Below, piece by piece: positions 37,819 to 50,737 of a stretch of 64,000 nucleotides of DNA. A program made the translations under genes and the position numbers. The first letter of the stretch is position 1, and each line of letters begins with the position of its first letter. The notes beneath the pieces are model-generated. The model had not been told where the DNA came from. It saw only the letters and a list, made by a program, of their open reading frames with translations, and ran no database searches. Source of the DNA: Octopus sinensis (taxonomy: Eukaryota); NCBI RefSeq assembly GCF_006345805.1, contig NC_043019.1, positions 13,019,360 through 13,083,359 of the forward strand, read 5' to 3'.

Positions 37819-39897
37819 ATAATCGTCACCATCATCATTTTAATGTTCATTTTCCATGCTTGAATGAGGCAGGCGGAATTCATTGAAATAGGTTTTCCAT
37901 GACCAGATGCTCTTTATGTTCCTATCCTTCACCTGTTTCTAGGTAAGGTAACATTATTTTCACAGAAATCAAAAACAAAGGAGATCACTTTTATGATGCT
38001 GATACACATTTGAGGTTATCACAACACCATGTCGAGACATTAACACACACACACCCATTGTTTGTTCCCTCTCAAGCCATACCTGGCTCATAAGAGCCGG
38101 TTTCCTGGTTTCTTGGTGTATAGGTTCCCTAACCTGGACGGGATGCCAGTCCGTCGCAGGTGAGCTGCAAGATGCAGGAGGAAGGAGTGAGAGAAAGTTG
38201 TGGCGAAAGAGTCAGCAAGAGTTTCGCCATTACCTTCTGCCGGAGCCGCGTGGAGCTTAGGCGTTTCGCTCATAAACACACACATCGCCTGGTCTGAGAT
38301 TTGAACTCGCGATCCCTCGACCGCAAGTCTGCTGCTCTAACCACTAGGCCATGTGCCTCCACACACACACACACACACCCATCCATGTATACATCTATCC
38401 ATACATCCATCCATACATACATACATACATATGGTGATTGTTTAGTTCCATGAAATCCACTCGTAAGGCTTTAGTCAGCCTGGAGCTATAGTAGAAGACA
38501 CTCGACCAAGGTTCTGTGCTGTGAAACTGAATCCAAGACCATTTGGTCCGCAAGCAAGTTTCTCAACTAACTACTCAGTCATTCCTAATATGAAATAGCA
38601 AATATATAAAGTAGACCGCAAAGCAGAAAATAAAACCAAACGGTCGAGAGAAACCTTGGTTGTACTGGCCTGTGGGCAGTTAGAGACAGGATAATGGGTT
38701 TAGTAATATAACACTACAGGGTAACACAATCACGGTTGAACATAGTTCACCAGAGGAAATTCCTCATCAGTAAAGTTTAACTGTGATTATGTTGTCTTCT
38801 AGGAACTCTAACATCGCTGCGAAAAAAAAAAAAAAAAAAGGAAAAAGCTGGGGCTGTAATTAAATTGTTTCTGTTGAGTCAATTACTATGTTAATCATTT
38901 GTAATTGATATAAAAATGTTGTTTGTCCACTTGACATTGTTTTTCTTCTTTATCTACTGGAATTTACAAAAAAAAAAAAGAAAGAAAGATAAAGTAAAGA
39001 AAGGATGATTAAGGCTGGTATAGCTTTGATCATAGGTCTAATCTACTCAGGATAGTGAAGGCATTTGGCTTAATGGTTAAGGTGTTCGGCTCAAGATCAT
39101 AGGGCCATGAGTAAGACACTTTATTTCATGTTGCTTCTGTCCATTCAGCTAGCAAAAATGATTTGCATCTGTAATTCAAAGGGCCAACCTTATCACATTC
39201 TGTGTCACTCTGCATCTCTTTGAGAACCATGTTAAGTGTATGGGCGTCTGTGAAGTACTCAGCCACTTGCATGTTAATGTCACGAGCAGGCTGTTCTGTT
39301 GCTTGGATCAAGTGCCAGTTTTTTTAATCTTCCTAGGTTCAGGCCTTGCCCAAGGTGCCATGCAGTGGGACTGAACCTGAAACCATGGAGTTGGGAAGCA
39401 AACCTCTTAACCACACAACTATATTTGCACCTAATTATTTATTAACTTTATAGTTTCTTTTAATTACAGTTAAAGTTTTTATAAATTAAAGTTATAGTTT
39501 CTATCACTTAACAATAACAATTGTATTAATGAAAATAATTAGTTCACTTTATTTAATTAAAGTTACTGGCTCTGTGCTCATTAATGTTTTAGTTTCTATT
39601 ATTTCTCTCATGAATGTCATGAACTTTCTCCAACCAACATTGCCTTCTGTTTCTATTTTTATGATAACATTCATTGATCCTTGTTTAAATACTATCGTGT
39701 CCTATTTTACTCAAAACCCTGGCCTAGTTTGAAACAACTTTCTGTCCACACTTCATTCTGTACCATCTTCCTTCAGTGAACAGATGTTACCAAATGATAG
39801 TTTAGATAACTTATCAGTTTATGATCTGAGGTACCCATTAATGGGGGATCAATATCACTGACTTTTAACGGTATTTGTTTTTTATAATAATATATAT

Positions 39898-40128
39898 TTC
39901 TTTACTACCCACAAGGGGCTAAACACAGAGGGGACAAACAAGGACAGATAAGCGGATTAAGTCGATTACATCGACCCCAGTGCGTAACTGGTACTTAATT
40001 TATCAACCCTGAAAGGATGAAAGGCAAAGTCGACCTCGGCGGAATTTGAACTCAGAACGTAACGGCAGACGAAATACGGCTATGCATTTCACCTGGCGTG
40101 CTAACGTTTCTACCAGCTCGCCGCCTTT
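39898..40128 (-). mobile_element. tRNA-derived SINE family B. Others at 7243-7660 (two, -), 10567-11280 cluster, 12866-13098 (+), 35393-35628 (+), 27120-27325 (-)
   Basis: GGCGGCGAGCTGGCAGAAACG head, GAGTTCAAATTCC B-box, ...GTAGTAAAGAAAT tail. Confidence 0.88.
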
Positions 40129-40864
40129 AAAATAATATAATAATATAGCCAAAGCAGGAAGGGTAGCAGTCTACCTGGTTTTATCTACAGGTCCTCTATG
40201 ACTGACGGTGAGGACGGTAAGAAGAAATCAGGATTGAGCTGCTTGCAACAGAGTGGGCTCCACTAAAGGCAACTGTAAACTTGGAGGCTACACTAAACTG
40301 AGCACTGGTAACCTGGTATCAATAAAGCTGTTCACATTTCAACTCATCACTCATATATAAATATTTTGTTTACTGACCCAATATCTGTTACAGGTATTAG
40401 GTTACTAGAGAAGATGAAATGTGAACAGAGATTCTCATTTCACATCTTAATTAAATATTCAAATGACTTGGGTTGCATTTTAGTCTTCCTCGTTATAATG
40501 ATTGTGTTTTGTTGTTATTTAAGCCCAAATCAACTCTTATCAAAGAAATCTATGAGCAAAGGTATGTTAACCATAACATTCAGTGGCTGAATTACATTAT
40601 TACATCCTGTATCTTTTTTCTTTCTTACGTCAATAGGGTATAAATTGCGAAAGAGTTGCTGATATTTCTAGCTAGTTCAGAGACCACGTAGAAGTTTCCT
40701 TCGTTTTTTTCCACTCTCCAATCCACTGTTGGCATTCTCACTAATACTCACCCTTTTGTATCTTGAGATTCTTTGGCATCTTGTCACCACCATCTTTGTC
40801 TTTTTTTCAGCTACTTTCATCCCCACAATGTGGGGTAGCCATGTATATCCTCTAATACGAGACA

Positions 40865-41260
40865 CCTGTCATCATCATTGTTCGACCGTGGACCAGACAA
40901 TGGAATTTACCATGCTACGCCAGACTTCACGGTCCATCATAGCATTACGGAGGTCCTGTTGCTGGATGCCTGTATCCCTGGAGATTACATCAGGGTAGGA
41001 GAGTGTGCGCCCTCTGGTGTTGCGAGTAGATGGCTTCCAGAGGAGAAGAGTAGAAGTTGCCTCGTTTTCAGCTCTACAACAATGTCCAGCAAACTGGACT
41101 CTCCTACCTTTCACAAGAGATGACACAGGTGGTAGTTTCCCATATATTTGCATTTTGGTTGGATGACGCTTCCACGAGAGATTTTGAGCTCTCATAAGGA
41201 GGCGAGTGTAGGTTCCATCCAACCGCCTCTCAAGCTTCTTTGATAACGTCCTCTGTACTT
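40865..41260 (-). mobile_element. RTE-like LINE 3' fragment (same family as 3170-3512)
   Basis: ORF 40875-41222: DGTYTRLLMRAQNLSWKRHP...RRVQFAGHC...DREVWRSMV. Confidence 0.75.
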
Positions 41261-43171
41261 GTCTCTTTATTATACTTTAGCCTCTCAAACATCTGGTTTA
41301 AAGCCATCTCTCCCTCTCTCAACTACCCTCCTCCATCACTCAGTCACTCGTAACTAAGGGCTTTTTTCTGTCTCTTCTCTTGCAAGCTACTTTGCAACCT
41401 CATTAGTGCTGGTGGCATGAAACAAAAAAAGCACCCACTACCCACAGACAAGTGGGTGACATTAGGAAAGGCATCCGGCTGTAGAAACCATACCCCAGAG
41501 CTGACATTGAACTCAATACAGTCTTGCAGCTTGTCAGATCTTATCAAACCATCCAACCCATATGGATGGAAGCACTCTGTCAGTTCCGACGACGAGGGTT
41601 CCGGTTGTTCCGAATCAACGGAACAGCCTGCTTGTGAAATTAACGTGTAAGTGGCTGAGCACTCCACAGACACGTGTACCCTTAACGTAGTTCTCGGGGA
41701 TATTCAGCATGAAACAGAGAGTGACAAGGCCGGCCCTTTGAAATACAGGTACAACAGAAACAGGAAGAAAGAGTGAGAGAAAGTTGTGGTGAAAGCGTAC
41801 AGCAGGGATCATCACCATCCCCTGCCGAAGCCTCATGGGGCTTTAGGTGTTTTCGCTCAATAAACACTCACAACGCCCGGTCTGGGAATCGAAACCGCGA
41901 TCCTACGACCACGAGTCCGCTGCCCTAACCACTGGGCCATTGTGCCTCCACCCAACCCATATCAGCATGGAGAAGGAGCATTAAAAGACGATGGTGCCAT
42001 TGATGATAATGAAACAATTTGAAAGAGACATTCTATTGATTCACAAAGAATTGGTAACAAGTGGTTGTTGTAGATTGCTATTCTTTCTGTCTAATTCAAT
42101 ACTTGCCTTTGTTCTTTCTTGTGCTCTTGTTACTACCAAACTTCTGCAATTCTTGCCGCACATTCTTATTACCCATCGAAACAATGTCAAATTCATTACA
42201 AAATCAATAATGCTCAACAGTCTAGACAAAACTATTGAGTGTTCAATGATATAAGTAATATCCGCATATTGATTTTTTTTCTGGGTTTTTTTTTTTAACA
42301 CCATACACATCTGCTACATATATTGGATTGTTAGATAAATGTTTGTTTGTCGTTTTTTTTTTTCTACTTGGCACTCCATTGTTGTATGTCTGAAAAGAGG
42401 TAAAATTAATTCAAATTTTGAAAAATGATAACAAAACTTGTAGATATTTGCTGATATTTCTAGCTAGTTCAGAGACCACGTAGAAGTTTCCTTTGTTTTC
42501 TCCACTCTCCAATCTACTGTTGGCATTCTCACTAATACTCACCTTTTGTATCTTGAGATTCTTTGGCATCTTGTCACCACCATCTCTGTCTTTTTTTCAG
42601 CTACTTCCATCCCCACAAAAAGTAAATAATAAATAAAATAAATAAATAGGCACAGGCATGGCTATGCTGTAAGAAGCTTGCTTCCCAACCACATGGTTCC
42701 GGGTTCAGTCCTACTGTGTGGAACCTTGGGCAAATGTCTTCTTAATATGATCTAGGACCGACCAAAGCCTCGTGAGTGGATTTGGTAGGCGGAAACTGAA
42801 AGAAGCCTTTCTTATTGTTCTTTACCACACAGCCACACCTGTGCTTATACAGCCACTCTTGTGCCTATATAGTCATTCTTGTGTCTATATAGCTGGATTC
42901 TTTATGTGAATCCATGTGTTGAAGCAAATTTTGTTGTTCCTGGGGAGACACAATATAACAATCATACATCACTGGTTTCAATGCATTTTGCATCAACGGT
43001 TATATTTAATACTTTTTTTTGCTGTATTGTGTATTCGTTATTTTTTGCATCTGTTATTGATTATTGATCTTATATAAAAATGAAACTGTAGCCTTTAATT
43101 TGCTGTTTTTCCATACACAAACCGAGAATATATCTTGCTGAACAGTTGTTATTTTAATGAGATATATTTTG

Positions 43172-43281
43172 TAATCACCTGAAGAGACACATCTACACCG
43201 TCAGATACTCCTAAACCAGTTGTTAAGTATCCCACCCATGAGAGATCGATGCTAGATGTGTCGAAATAATTGTAGTGATTA
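43172..43281 (+). ncRNA. Type-I hammerhead ribozyme with long stem II, sense in HS1BP3 intron 1
   Basis: TAATCAC CTGAAGA GACACATCTA [57 nt] TAGATGTGTC GAAA TAATTG TA GTGATTA. 7-bp stem I, 10-bp stem II, canonical core, GUA site; AATAAA immediately 3'. Confidence 0.8.
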
Positions 43282-43395
43282 ATAAACATTCTCATATCCT
43301 CCAGCTTCCTTATTAGTCAAATACCTAATGAACATTGTGAAAATGAATATGCTCTACCAGTAAGCTACCAAGTGTATACCATACAATTTATTATC

Positions 43396-43473
<78 letters not shown>

Positions 43474-43565
43474 TTGGTAGACGCCATGATATATATATTT
43501 GAGACGCCATGATAGATCGTTAGCCACTACACACATTTTTTTCTCTCCTTGTTTTTTCTGTGTAC

Positions 43566-43601
43566 CTTTCTGTAGAAGAGCATACGCTCGAAACGTAAAA
43601 G
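43566..43601 (+). ncRNA. Hammerhead relic (GAGC-stem family; A6 changed to U)
   Basis: CTTT CTGTAGA A GAGC-ATAC-GCTC GAAA CG TA AAAG. Confidence 0.5.
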
Positions 43602-43691
43602 ACTTTTTCTATTCCTGAGCGCTATACTAATACATCTGTTTGTTTTGTACACCACCTGTCTTCTTTTGTTTATTTTCATAAACTTTCCCTT

Positions 43692-43744
<53 letters not shown>

Positions 43745-43842
43745 ATATATATATATATGTATATATTTTTTCTTTTAAGTATTTTATTTAAAAATTTTAC
43801 TTTTGTATCTATTAATTTTTCATGTATAAATATATCTTTTAG

Positions 43843-44005
43843 GCAACTGAAAAATCCAGAAACAGGAATTGATGTCTCTGTACCAACATATGAGGAAATT
43901 CCAGGATTACTAACTAAATCAGTGGAATACCAAGTTACTGTGGTAACAAATTTGGCAATATTCAAATCTCCAAAGCATAAAGAATCTGACATTGTTCAGT
44001 TTGTG
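43843..44005 (+). CDS. HS1BP3: HS1BP3 exon 2 (RQLKNPETGIDVSVPTYEEIPGLLTKSVEYQVTVVTNLAIFKSPKHKESDIVQFV), PX domain start
   Basis: ttttag|G...GTG|gtaag. Resembles HS1BP3 TG.D..VP...E......VEYQ..VVT.LA.FKS.KH...D.VQF. Confidence 0.93.
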
Positions 44006-45206
44006 GTAAGTTAATAAAACAGACCAAATTATCAACATAATCGATACAAATTGCACTGCTACAGCCTTCACAAAACAATTTAAATTAGAAATTAACCTGT
44101 TCAATTTCCAAGGCGGTGCTCCAGCATGGCCACAGTCAAATGATTGAAACGAGAGCATAAAGACATGAGATTTATGTCCATGCCCCTGCACACAATCTGT
44201 CTCTGACAAACCTTCTCCCTATAACCCATCTCCCTAACACCTCCCTCATCCCCCCTACTCGTGTTCACCACCTGCTGTATTTCCCTCCCCTCTGACTCTT
44301 ACTCTCCTGTCACACCTTGGTGGACCTAACTGCACACAATGTGTCCCTGATGAATCTCTTCCCTGCTACATATCGTCCTAACACCCCTTCTCTCTATTTG
44401 TGTCCATTCACTACATTCCCTCCTCTACACATTACTCTCTCATTTCACATCAACATCGACTTACCCCCCCCCACACACCTTATCCAATCTTTGGTTTCTC
44501 CTTCCCTTATATGCCCTTCCTTATAACTTGAGTATAGTACCCAACCATCACATCTTCACTATCTTTCTTCCACTCTGTTTCTTTTCTCTCTCTTTCTCCT
44601 ACCAAGGTAGCCATCATCATCATCATCATCGTTTAACGTCCGTTCTCCGCGCTAGCATGGGTTGGACAGTTCGACCGGGGTCTGGGAAGCCAGGAGGCTG
44701 CACCAGGCTCCAGTCTGATTTGGCAGTGTTTCTACAGCTGGATGCCCTTCCTAACGCCAACCACTTTGTGAGTGTAGTGGGTGCTTTTTACATACCACCA
44801 GCACAGGTGCCAGGGAAGTCTGGCAGCGGCCATGATCGGTTGGTGCTTTTAACGTGCCACCAGCATGGAAGCCAGTCAAGGTGGCGCTGGCATCGGCCAC
44901 GTTCGGATGGTGCTTTTTACGTGCCACCGGCACAGAAGCCACTTCCCTCAATACAACACCTCCCCACCACATTCAGTCAAGGGGTCTTGTCTTGTAAGTT
45001 ATTTGGTGACCTCATAAGAAGCACCCAGTGCGCTCTGCAAAGTGGCTGGTATAAGGAAGGGCATCCAACTGCAGAAACCTTGTCTAAGCAGACAGTAGAA
45101 CCTGTTGCAGTCTTCTGACTTGCTGGCTCCTGTCAAACTGTCCAACCCATGCAAGCATGGAAAATGGACATTAAATAATAATAATGATGACGATGATGAT
45201 GACGAT

Positions 45207-45246
<40 letters not shown>

Positions 45247-46020
45247 ATGATGATGATTTTATATATATATAAAAAGAGTGGTTGGTAAGTAGCTTGCTTA
45301 CCAACCACATGGTTCCGGGTTCAGTCCCACTGCGTGGCACCTTGGGCAAGTGTCTTCTGCTATAACCTCGGGCCAACCAATGCCTTGTGAGTGGATTTGG
45401 TAGATGGAAACTGAAAGAAGCCTGTCGTATATATGTGTATATATATATATGTATGTATGTGTGTGTATATGTTTGTGTGTCTGTGTTTGTCCCCCTAGCA
45501 TTGCTTGACAACCGATGCTGGTGAGTTTATGTCCCCGTCGCTTAGCGGTTCGGCAAAAGAGACCGATAGAATAAGTACTGGGCTTACAAAGAATAAGTCC
45601 CGGGGTCGATTTGCTCGACTAAAGGTGGTGCTCCAGCATGGCCACAGTCATATGACTGAAATAGGTTCTACTGTCTGCTTAGACAAGGTTCCTGCAGTTG
45701 GATGCCCTTCCTTATACCAACCACTTTGCAGAGTGCGCTGGGTTCTTCTTATGAGGTCACCAAATAACTTACAAGGCAAGACCCCTTGACTGAATGTGGT
45801 GGGGAGGGGTAGTATTGAGGGAAGTGGCACGTAAAAAGCACCATCCGAACGTGACCGATGCCAGCGCTGCCTTGACTGGCTTAATATATATGCATGCATA
45901 CCAACATATATACATACTCACACACAAACATTCATATACATATGTTTGCATGCATACATATGTATATGAATGTTTGTGTGTGAGTATGTATATGTTGGTA
46001 TGCATGCATATATATGTATA

Positions 46021-47515
46021 TATATATATATGTATGTATGAGAGTATGTAAGTGTTTGTATGTAAGTGTGCAGGTATGTATATATAATATATACGGCTGT
46101 GTGTGTGTGTGTGTGTGTGTGTGCACCAAAATAAAAGCAATTAAATAATGGGAACATATACTTGCTGTGTTGTCCTGGCTTAAATGTCATTAAAAGGAAG
46201 TATATTCAATCATATATATTCATATATATATGTACATGTCACACCAATGCATACATCATCATTATTCTAGCTTTGTGTCTCCAAGCTAGAATGAGTTTTG
46301 GTGGGTATGCTCCCACTAGCTGTAATCCTTCATCACCTGGTACATGCAGCGAAACCACCACCACCACCATAACTGCCAATATTTGTTGTGTATGTCATTT
46401 ATTTTAGCATAGTTTTTATGACCCTGATGTTCTTCTTATCATCAGCCACTTGGCTGCATAGTCTGGGTCAATTTTATGGTACTGCTAGCACTAGAGAGGT
46501 TATCTGCAACAGCTTTAATGATTGAAAAGAATTTGTGTGTTTGTGTGTCTGCCTGTATAAACATACATTCCCTCTCTCATATATATATATATAAGCGCAG
46601 GAGTGGCTGTGTGGTAAGTAGCTTGCTAACCAACCACATGGTTCAGGGTTCAGTCCCACTGCGTGGCATCTTGGGCAAGTGTCTTCTGCTATAGCCTCGG
46701 GCCGACCAGAACCTTGTGTGTGGATTTGGTAGACGGAAACTGAAAGAATCCTGTCGTATATATGTATATATATATATGTATGTATGAGAGTATGTAAGTG
46801 TTTGTATGTAAGTGTGCAGGTATGTATATATAATATATACGGCTGTGTGTGTGTGTGTGTGTGTGTGTGCCACCAAAATAAAAGCAATTAAATAATGGGA
46901 ACATATACTTGCTGTGTTGTCCTGGCTTAAATGTCATTAAAAGGAAGTATATTCAATCATATATATTCATATATATATGTACATGTCACACCAATGCATA
47001 CATCATCATTATTCTAGCTTTGTGTCTCCAAGCTAGAATGAGTTTTGGTGGGTATGCTCCCACTAGCTGTAATCCTTCATCACCTGGTACATGCAGCGAA
47101 ACCACCACCACCACCATAACTGCCAATATTTGTTGTGTATGTCATTTATTTTAGCATAGTTTTTATGACCCTGATGTTCTTCTTATCATCAGCCACTTGG
47201 CTGCATAGTCTGGGTCAATTTTATGGTACTGCTAGCACTAGAGAGGTTATCTGCAACAGCTTTAATGATTGAAAAGAATTTGTGTGTTGTGTGTCTGCCT
47301 GTATAAACATACATTCCCTCTCTCATATATATATATATAGGCGCAGGAGTGGCTGTGTGGTAAGTAGCTTGCTAACCAACCACATGGTTCAGGGTTCAGT
47401 CCCACTGTGTGGCATCTTGGGCAAGTGTCTTCTGCTATAGCCTCGGGCCGACCAGAACCTTGTGTGTGGATTTGGTAGACGGAAACTGAAAGAATCCTGT
47501 CGTATATATGTATAT
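46021..47515. repeat. ~747-bp near-identical tandem duplication
   Basis: Identical ORFs at 46162 and 46909; breakpoints lie in (TA)n. Confidence 0.9.
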
Positions 47516-47735
47516 ATATATGTGTTTGTGTGTCTGTGTTTGTCCCCCTAGCATTGCTTGACAACCGATGCTGGTGTGTTTACATCCCCGTCACTTAGCG
47601 GTTCGACAAAAGAGGCCGATAGAATAAGTACTGGGCTTACAAAGAATAAGTCCTGGGGTCGAGTTGCTTAACTAAAGCGGTGCTCCAGCATGGCCGCAGT
47701 CAAATGACTGAAACAAGGAAAAGAATAAGAGTATA

Positions 47736-48238
47736 TCTATATATATAAAACTCTAGTTGTGTGAGTGTCTGTCCCCTTCGATTTAGATTCCTAACTCCTC
47801 CCACATTTTGCGGTGCAGTTTAACCAAATTCGGGTATCTTATAGTCGTGATTCATATCGAGCCCGTCTGACTATTAGCGCGCGTCAACGATGAGTCTACG
47901 ATTTTAAAAATAATTTAACATCATTTTTTAATCCATTTTAATGCATAAAATGCATCGTATGTCGATGGCGGCGGAGTTGGCGTCCACGCTCACAGCTGCA
48001 CCTGTTTGTTTCTCCCCCTTCCCTCCCTCGTGAAGCTGTGGGGAAGGGAGTGTAAAGAAATCGTCGTAATGCGTTGTGAAGGAAACCAGCGTTCTTTTAG
48101 AACAACGACTTCATGGCTTGAAGACACCAAAACAAAAATGGCTAAGAAAGCCCGAATTTATAAGGGAAGTAACTCTCTAAAAATGCTTATATAGTTATTT
48201 CCCTTACAAACCCGAGCAATGCCGGGCGATACTGCTAG
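47736..48238 (+). mobile_element. Non-autonomous Helitron (~500 bp)
   Basis: A|TCTATATATATAAAA...CCCGAGCAATGCCGGG hairpin...CTAG|T. Confidence 0.8.
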
Positions 48239-48253
48239 TTATATATAAAAAAA

Positions 48254-48300
48254 TTTTTTTGATAAGGTTCGTTATTTCAAGAACCGAAACATGTTTAATT
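48254..48300 (+). ncRNA. Hammerhead relic with U3-A8 core
   Basis: TTGATAA GGTTC-[10 nt]-GAACC GAAA CATG TT. 5-bp stem II and palindromic ACAUGU, but stem I is poor. Confidence 0.4.
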
Positions 48301-48364
48301 AAAATTTGTCTAATATAGCAGCATTTTCAAACTTCATTTTTTACAAATATATATATATATATAT

Positions 48365-48778
48365 AGGCGCAGGAGTGGCTGTGTGGTAAGTAGCTTGCTA
48401 ACCAACCACATGGTTCCGGGTTCAGTCCCACTGCGTGGCATCTTGGGCAAGTGTCTTCTGCTATAGCCCCGGGCCGACCAATGCCTTGTGAGTGGATTTG
48501 GTAGACGGAAACTGAAAGAAGCCTGTCGTATATATGTGTATATATATGTATGTGTATGTTTGTTTGTGTGTCTGTGTTTGTCCCCCTAGCATTGCTTGAC
48601 AACCGATGCTGGTGTGTTTATGTCCCCGTTACTTAGCGGTTCGGCAAAAGAGACCGATAGAATAAGTACTGGGCTTACAAAAAAAGAATAAGTCCCGGGG
48701 TCGAGTCGCTCGACTAAAGGCGGTGCTCCAGCATGGCCGCAGTCAAAGGACTGAAACAAGTAAAAGAGTAAAAGAGTA
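48365..48778 (+). mobile_element. tRNA-derived SINE family A, intact copy. Others (+): 5706, 14378, 22674, 23948, 29070, 30879, 33446, 45280, 47339. Others (-): 15090-15487, 16210-16625, 21700-22186, 32355-32845, 56960-57367
   Basis: A-box TGGCTGTGTGG, B-box GGTTCAGTCCC, internal (TA)/(TG) microsatellite, (AAGAGTA)n tail; more than 15 near-identical copies. Confidence 0.9.
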
Positions 48779-49411
48779 TATATATATATTTGTATGTATG
48801 TATGTATGTATATCATTATAAAATGTGTGTGTGTGGGAGAGATAATGAGAGAGAGAGAATGTATGCTTATACATGTAAACACACACAAATTCTATTCAAT
48901 CGTTAGCCCTCTTGCGGATATATATATATATTGAATTGAATTTATATTAAAGGAAAAAATCTTACAGTTTCTTTATCTAAGCATCAAAACTTTAAAAAAT
49001 ACTCTCACACACACACACACATACATACATACATATATACACACATGCATATATACACACATGCATATATACATATTTATGTATATTCAGGTGTGTGTGT
49101 ATGTATGTATGTATGTATGCATGCATGTATGCATGTATGTATGTATGTATGTATGCCCTTGTCCTCAACCTTCACCAGTTTCCTAAGAAAGTGATATTTC
49201 CCCATCCCCATGGGGAAATATTATTTTCTTTGGAAACTGATGAAGGTTGGTGATGGGAAGGGCATCCAGTCATAAGAAATCTAAATTAATGAATTCTTTC
49301 TGTCTCATAGAAGCCATGTAGTTGCTAAAGCAAAGACAATGATGTACACACACACACATGTATATGTGTTTGTGTGTGTGCACATGTGCATGTATGTGTA
49401 TATATATATAT

Positions 49412-50150
49412 ATCATCATCATCATCATCATCATTTAACGTCCGCTTTCCATGCTAGCATGGGTTGGACGGTTCAACTGGGGTCTGGGGAGCCCGAAAGC
49501 TGCACCAGTCCAGTCAGATCTGGCAGTGTTTCTACAGCTGGATGCCCTTCCTAACGCCAACCACTCCGAGAGTGTAGTGGGTGATTTTATGTGCCACCGA
49601 CACAGGTGCCAGACAAGGCTGGCAAACGGCCACGCTCGGATGGTGTTTTTTATGTGCCACCGACACAGATGGTGTTTTTTATGTGCCACCGACACAGGTG
49701 CCAGACGAGGCTGGCAGACGACCACGCTTGGATGGTGTTTTTATGTTCCACCGACACAGGTGCCAGATGAGGCTGGCAAACGGCCACGATCGGATGGTGT
49801 TTGTTACGTGCCCACAGCACGGAGGCCAGTCGATGCGGTACTGGCTACGGCCACGTTCGGATGGTTTTCTTGTGTGCCACGTGCCACCGGCACTGGTACC
49901 ACAAAGATACAAATTCCATTGATGTTCATCCATTTTGATTTGTTTTGATTTTCATTTGCCTCAACAGGTCTTCGGTCTTCACAAGTGTCACAAGAAGGAA
50001 GGTATGCACAGGTGGACCGACTACGTCCCAGGTAGGGGCCACAGGTTACGGCCTGACCAGTCTTGCCGGGTCTTCGGATGGTGCTTCTATGTGCCACCGA
50101 CACAGGTGCCAGATGAGGCTGGCGAATGGCCACGATCGGATGGTGTTTAT
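49412..50150 (-). mobile_element. Truncated copy of the 7805-9900 RTE (3'UTR VNTR plus ORF end). Similar 3'-end copies at about 9919-10056, 23738-23930, 27350-27775, 28655-29048, 44612-44935, 51750-52200 and 63640-63900
   Basis: Shared (CAT)n-TTTAACGTCCGCTTTCCATGCTAGCATGGG terminus and ~60-bp GTGCCACCGGCAC repeat units. Confidence 0.8.
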
Positions 50151-50223
50151 ATATATATATATAAATCACCGCTGGCGATTTTTTTCCTCTGTCTTCCCTT
50201 CTCGTGATCTTTCCTTCTCCTAT

Positions 50224-50258
50224 GTTTCCGACGAAGAGCTCCGCTCGAAACGTTAATC
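50224..50258 (+). ncRNA. Minimal hammerhead (same family as 4403-4437), sense in HS1BP3 intron 2
   Basis: GTTT CCGACGA A GAGC-TCC-GCTC GAAA CG TT AATC. One stem I mismatch; host element about 50165-50370. Confidence 0.55.
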
Positions 50259-50529
50259 CCTCCTTCTTCCCTTCTTTCCTGAGCGTCCAATAATACTTTA
50301 TTTGTTCCACGTCCTCGCGTTGTGTTGTATTTTTGTTTTTTTGTGTTTTCTTGTTTGGATTAACTTTATATATATATATATATATATATATTTATTTACT
50401 TACAATACATATCTATAATTCTTTTGTAAAGATAACTAATTTATTTTTTTACTAAATTTAAGAAGACTATATACATACATACATACATATATATACATAA
50501 CAGTAATCTGATTTATCTATTTAATTAAG

Positions 50530-50737
50530 GTTGGAAAGAAATTTAATGAGTTTGAAGATTTGCACACGTCCCTGAATGATAAATATTCTGGTATAGCTTT
50601 CCCACCATTTCCTAAAAAGGTATTATTAACTACAGATGATGTATATAAAGAAAGACGATCCGCATTAGATAAGCTCATGAAATTCTGCAGCAAAACTGAA
50701 CGCCTTTCTAAGAGTTATCTATTTTTACAGTTTCTTG
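50530..50737 (+). CDS. HS1BP3: HS1BP3 exon 3 (VGKKFNEFEDLHTSLNDKYSGIAFPPFPKKVLLTTDDVYKERRSALDKLMKFCSKTERLSKSYLFLQFL+G), PX domain
   Basis: aag|GTT...CTTG|gtgag. PX hallmarks: (K)F.EF..LH..L, PP.P.K, ERR..L, FL. Confidence 0.93.
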
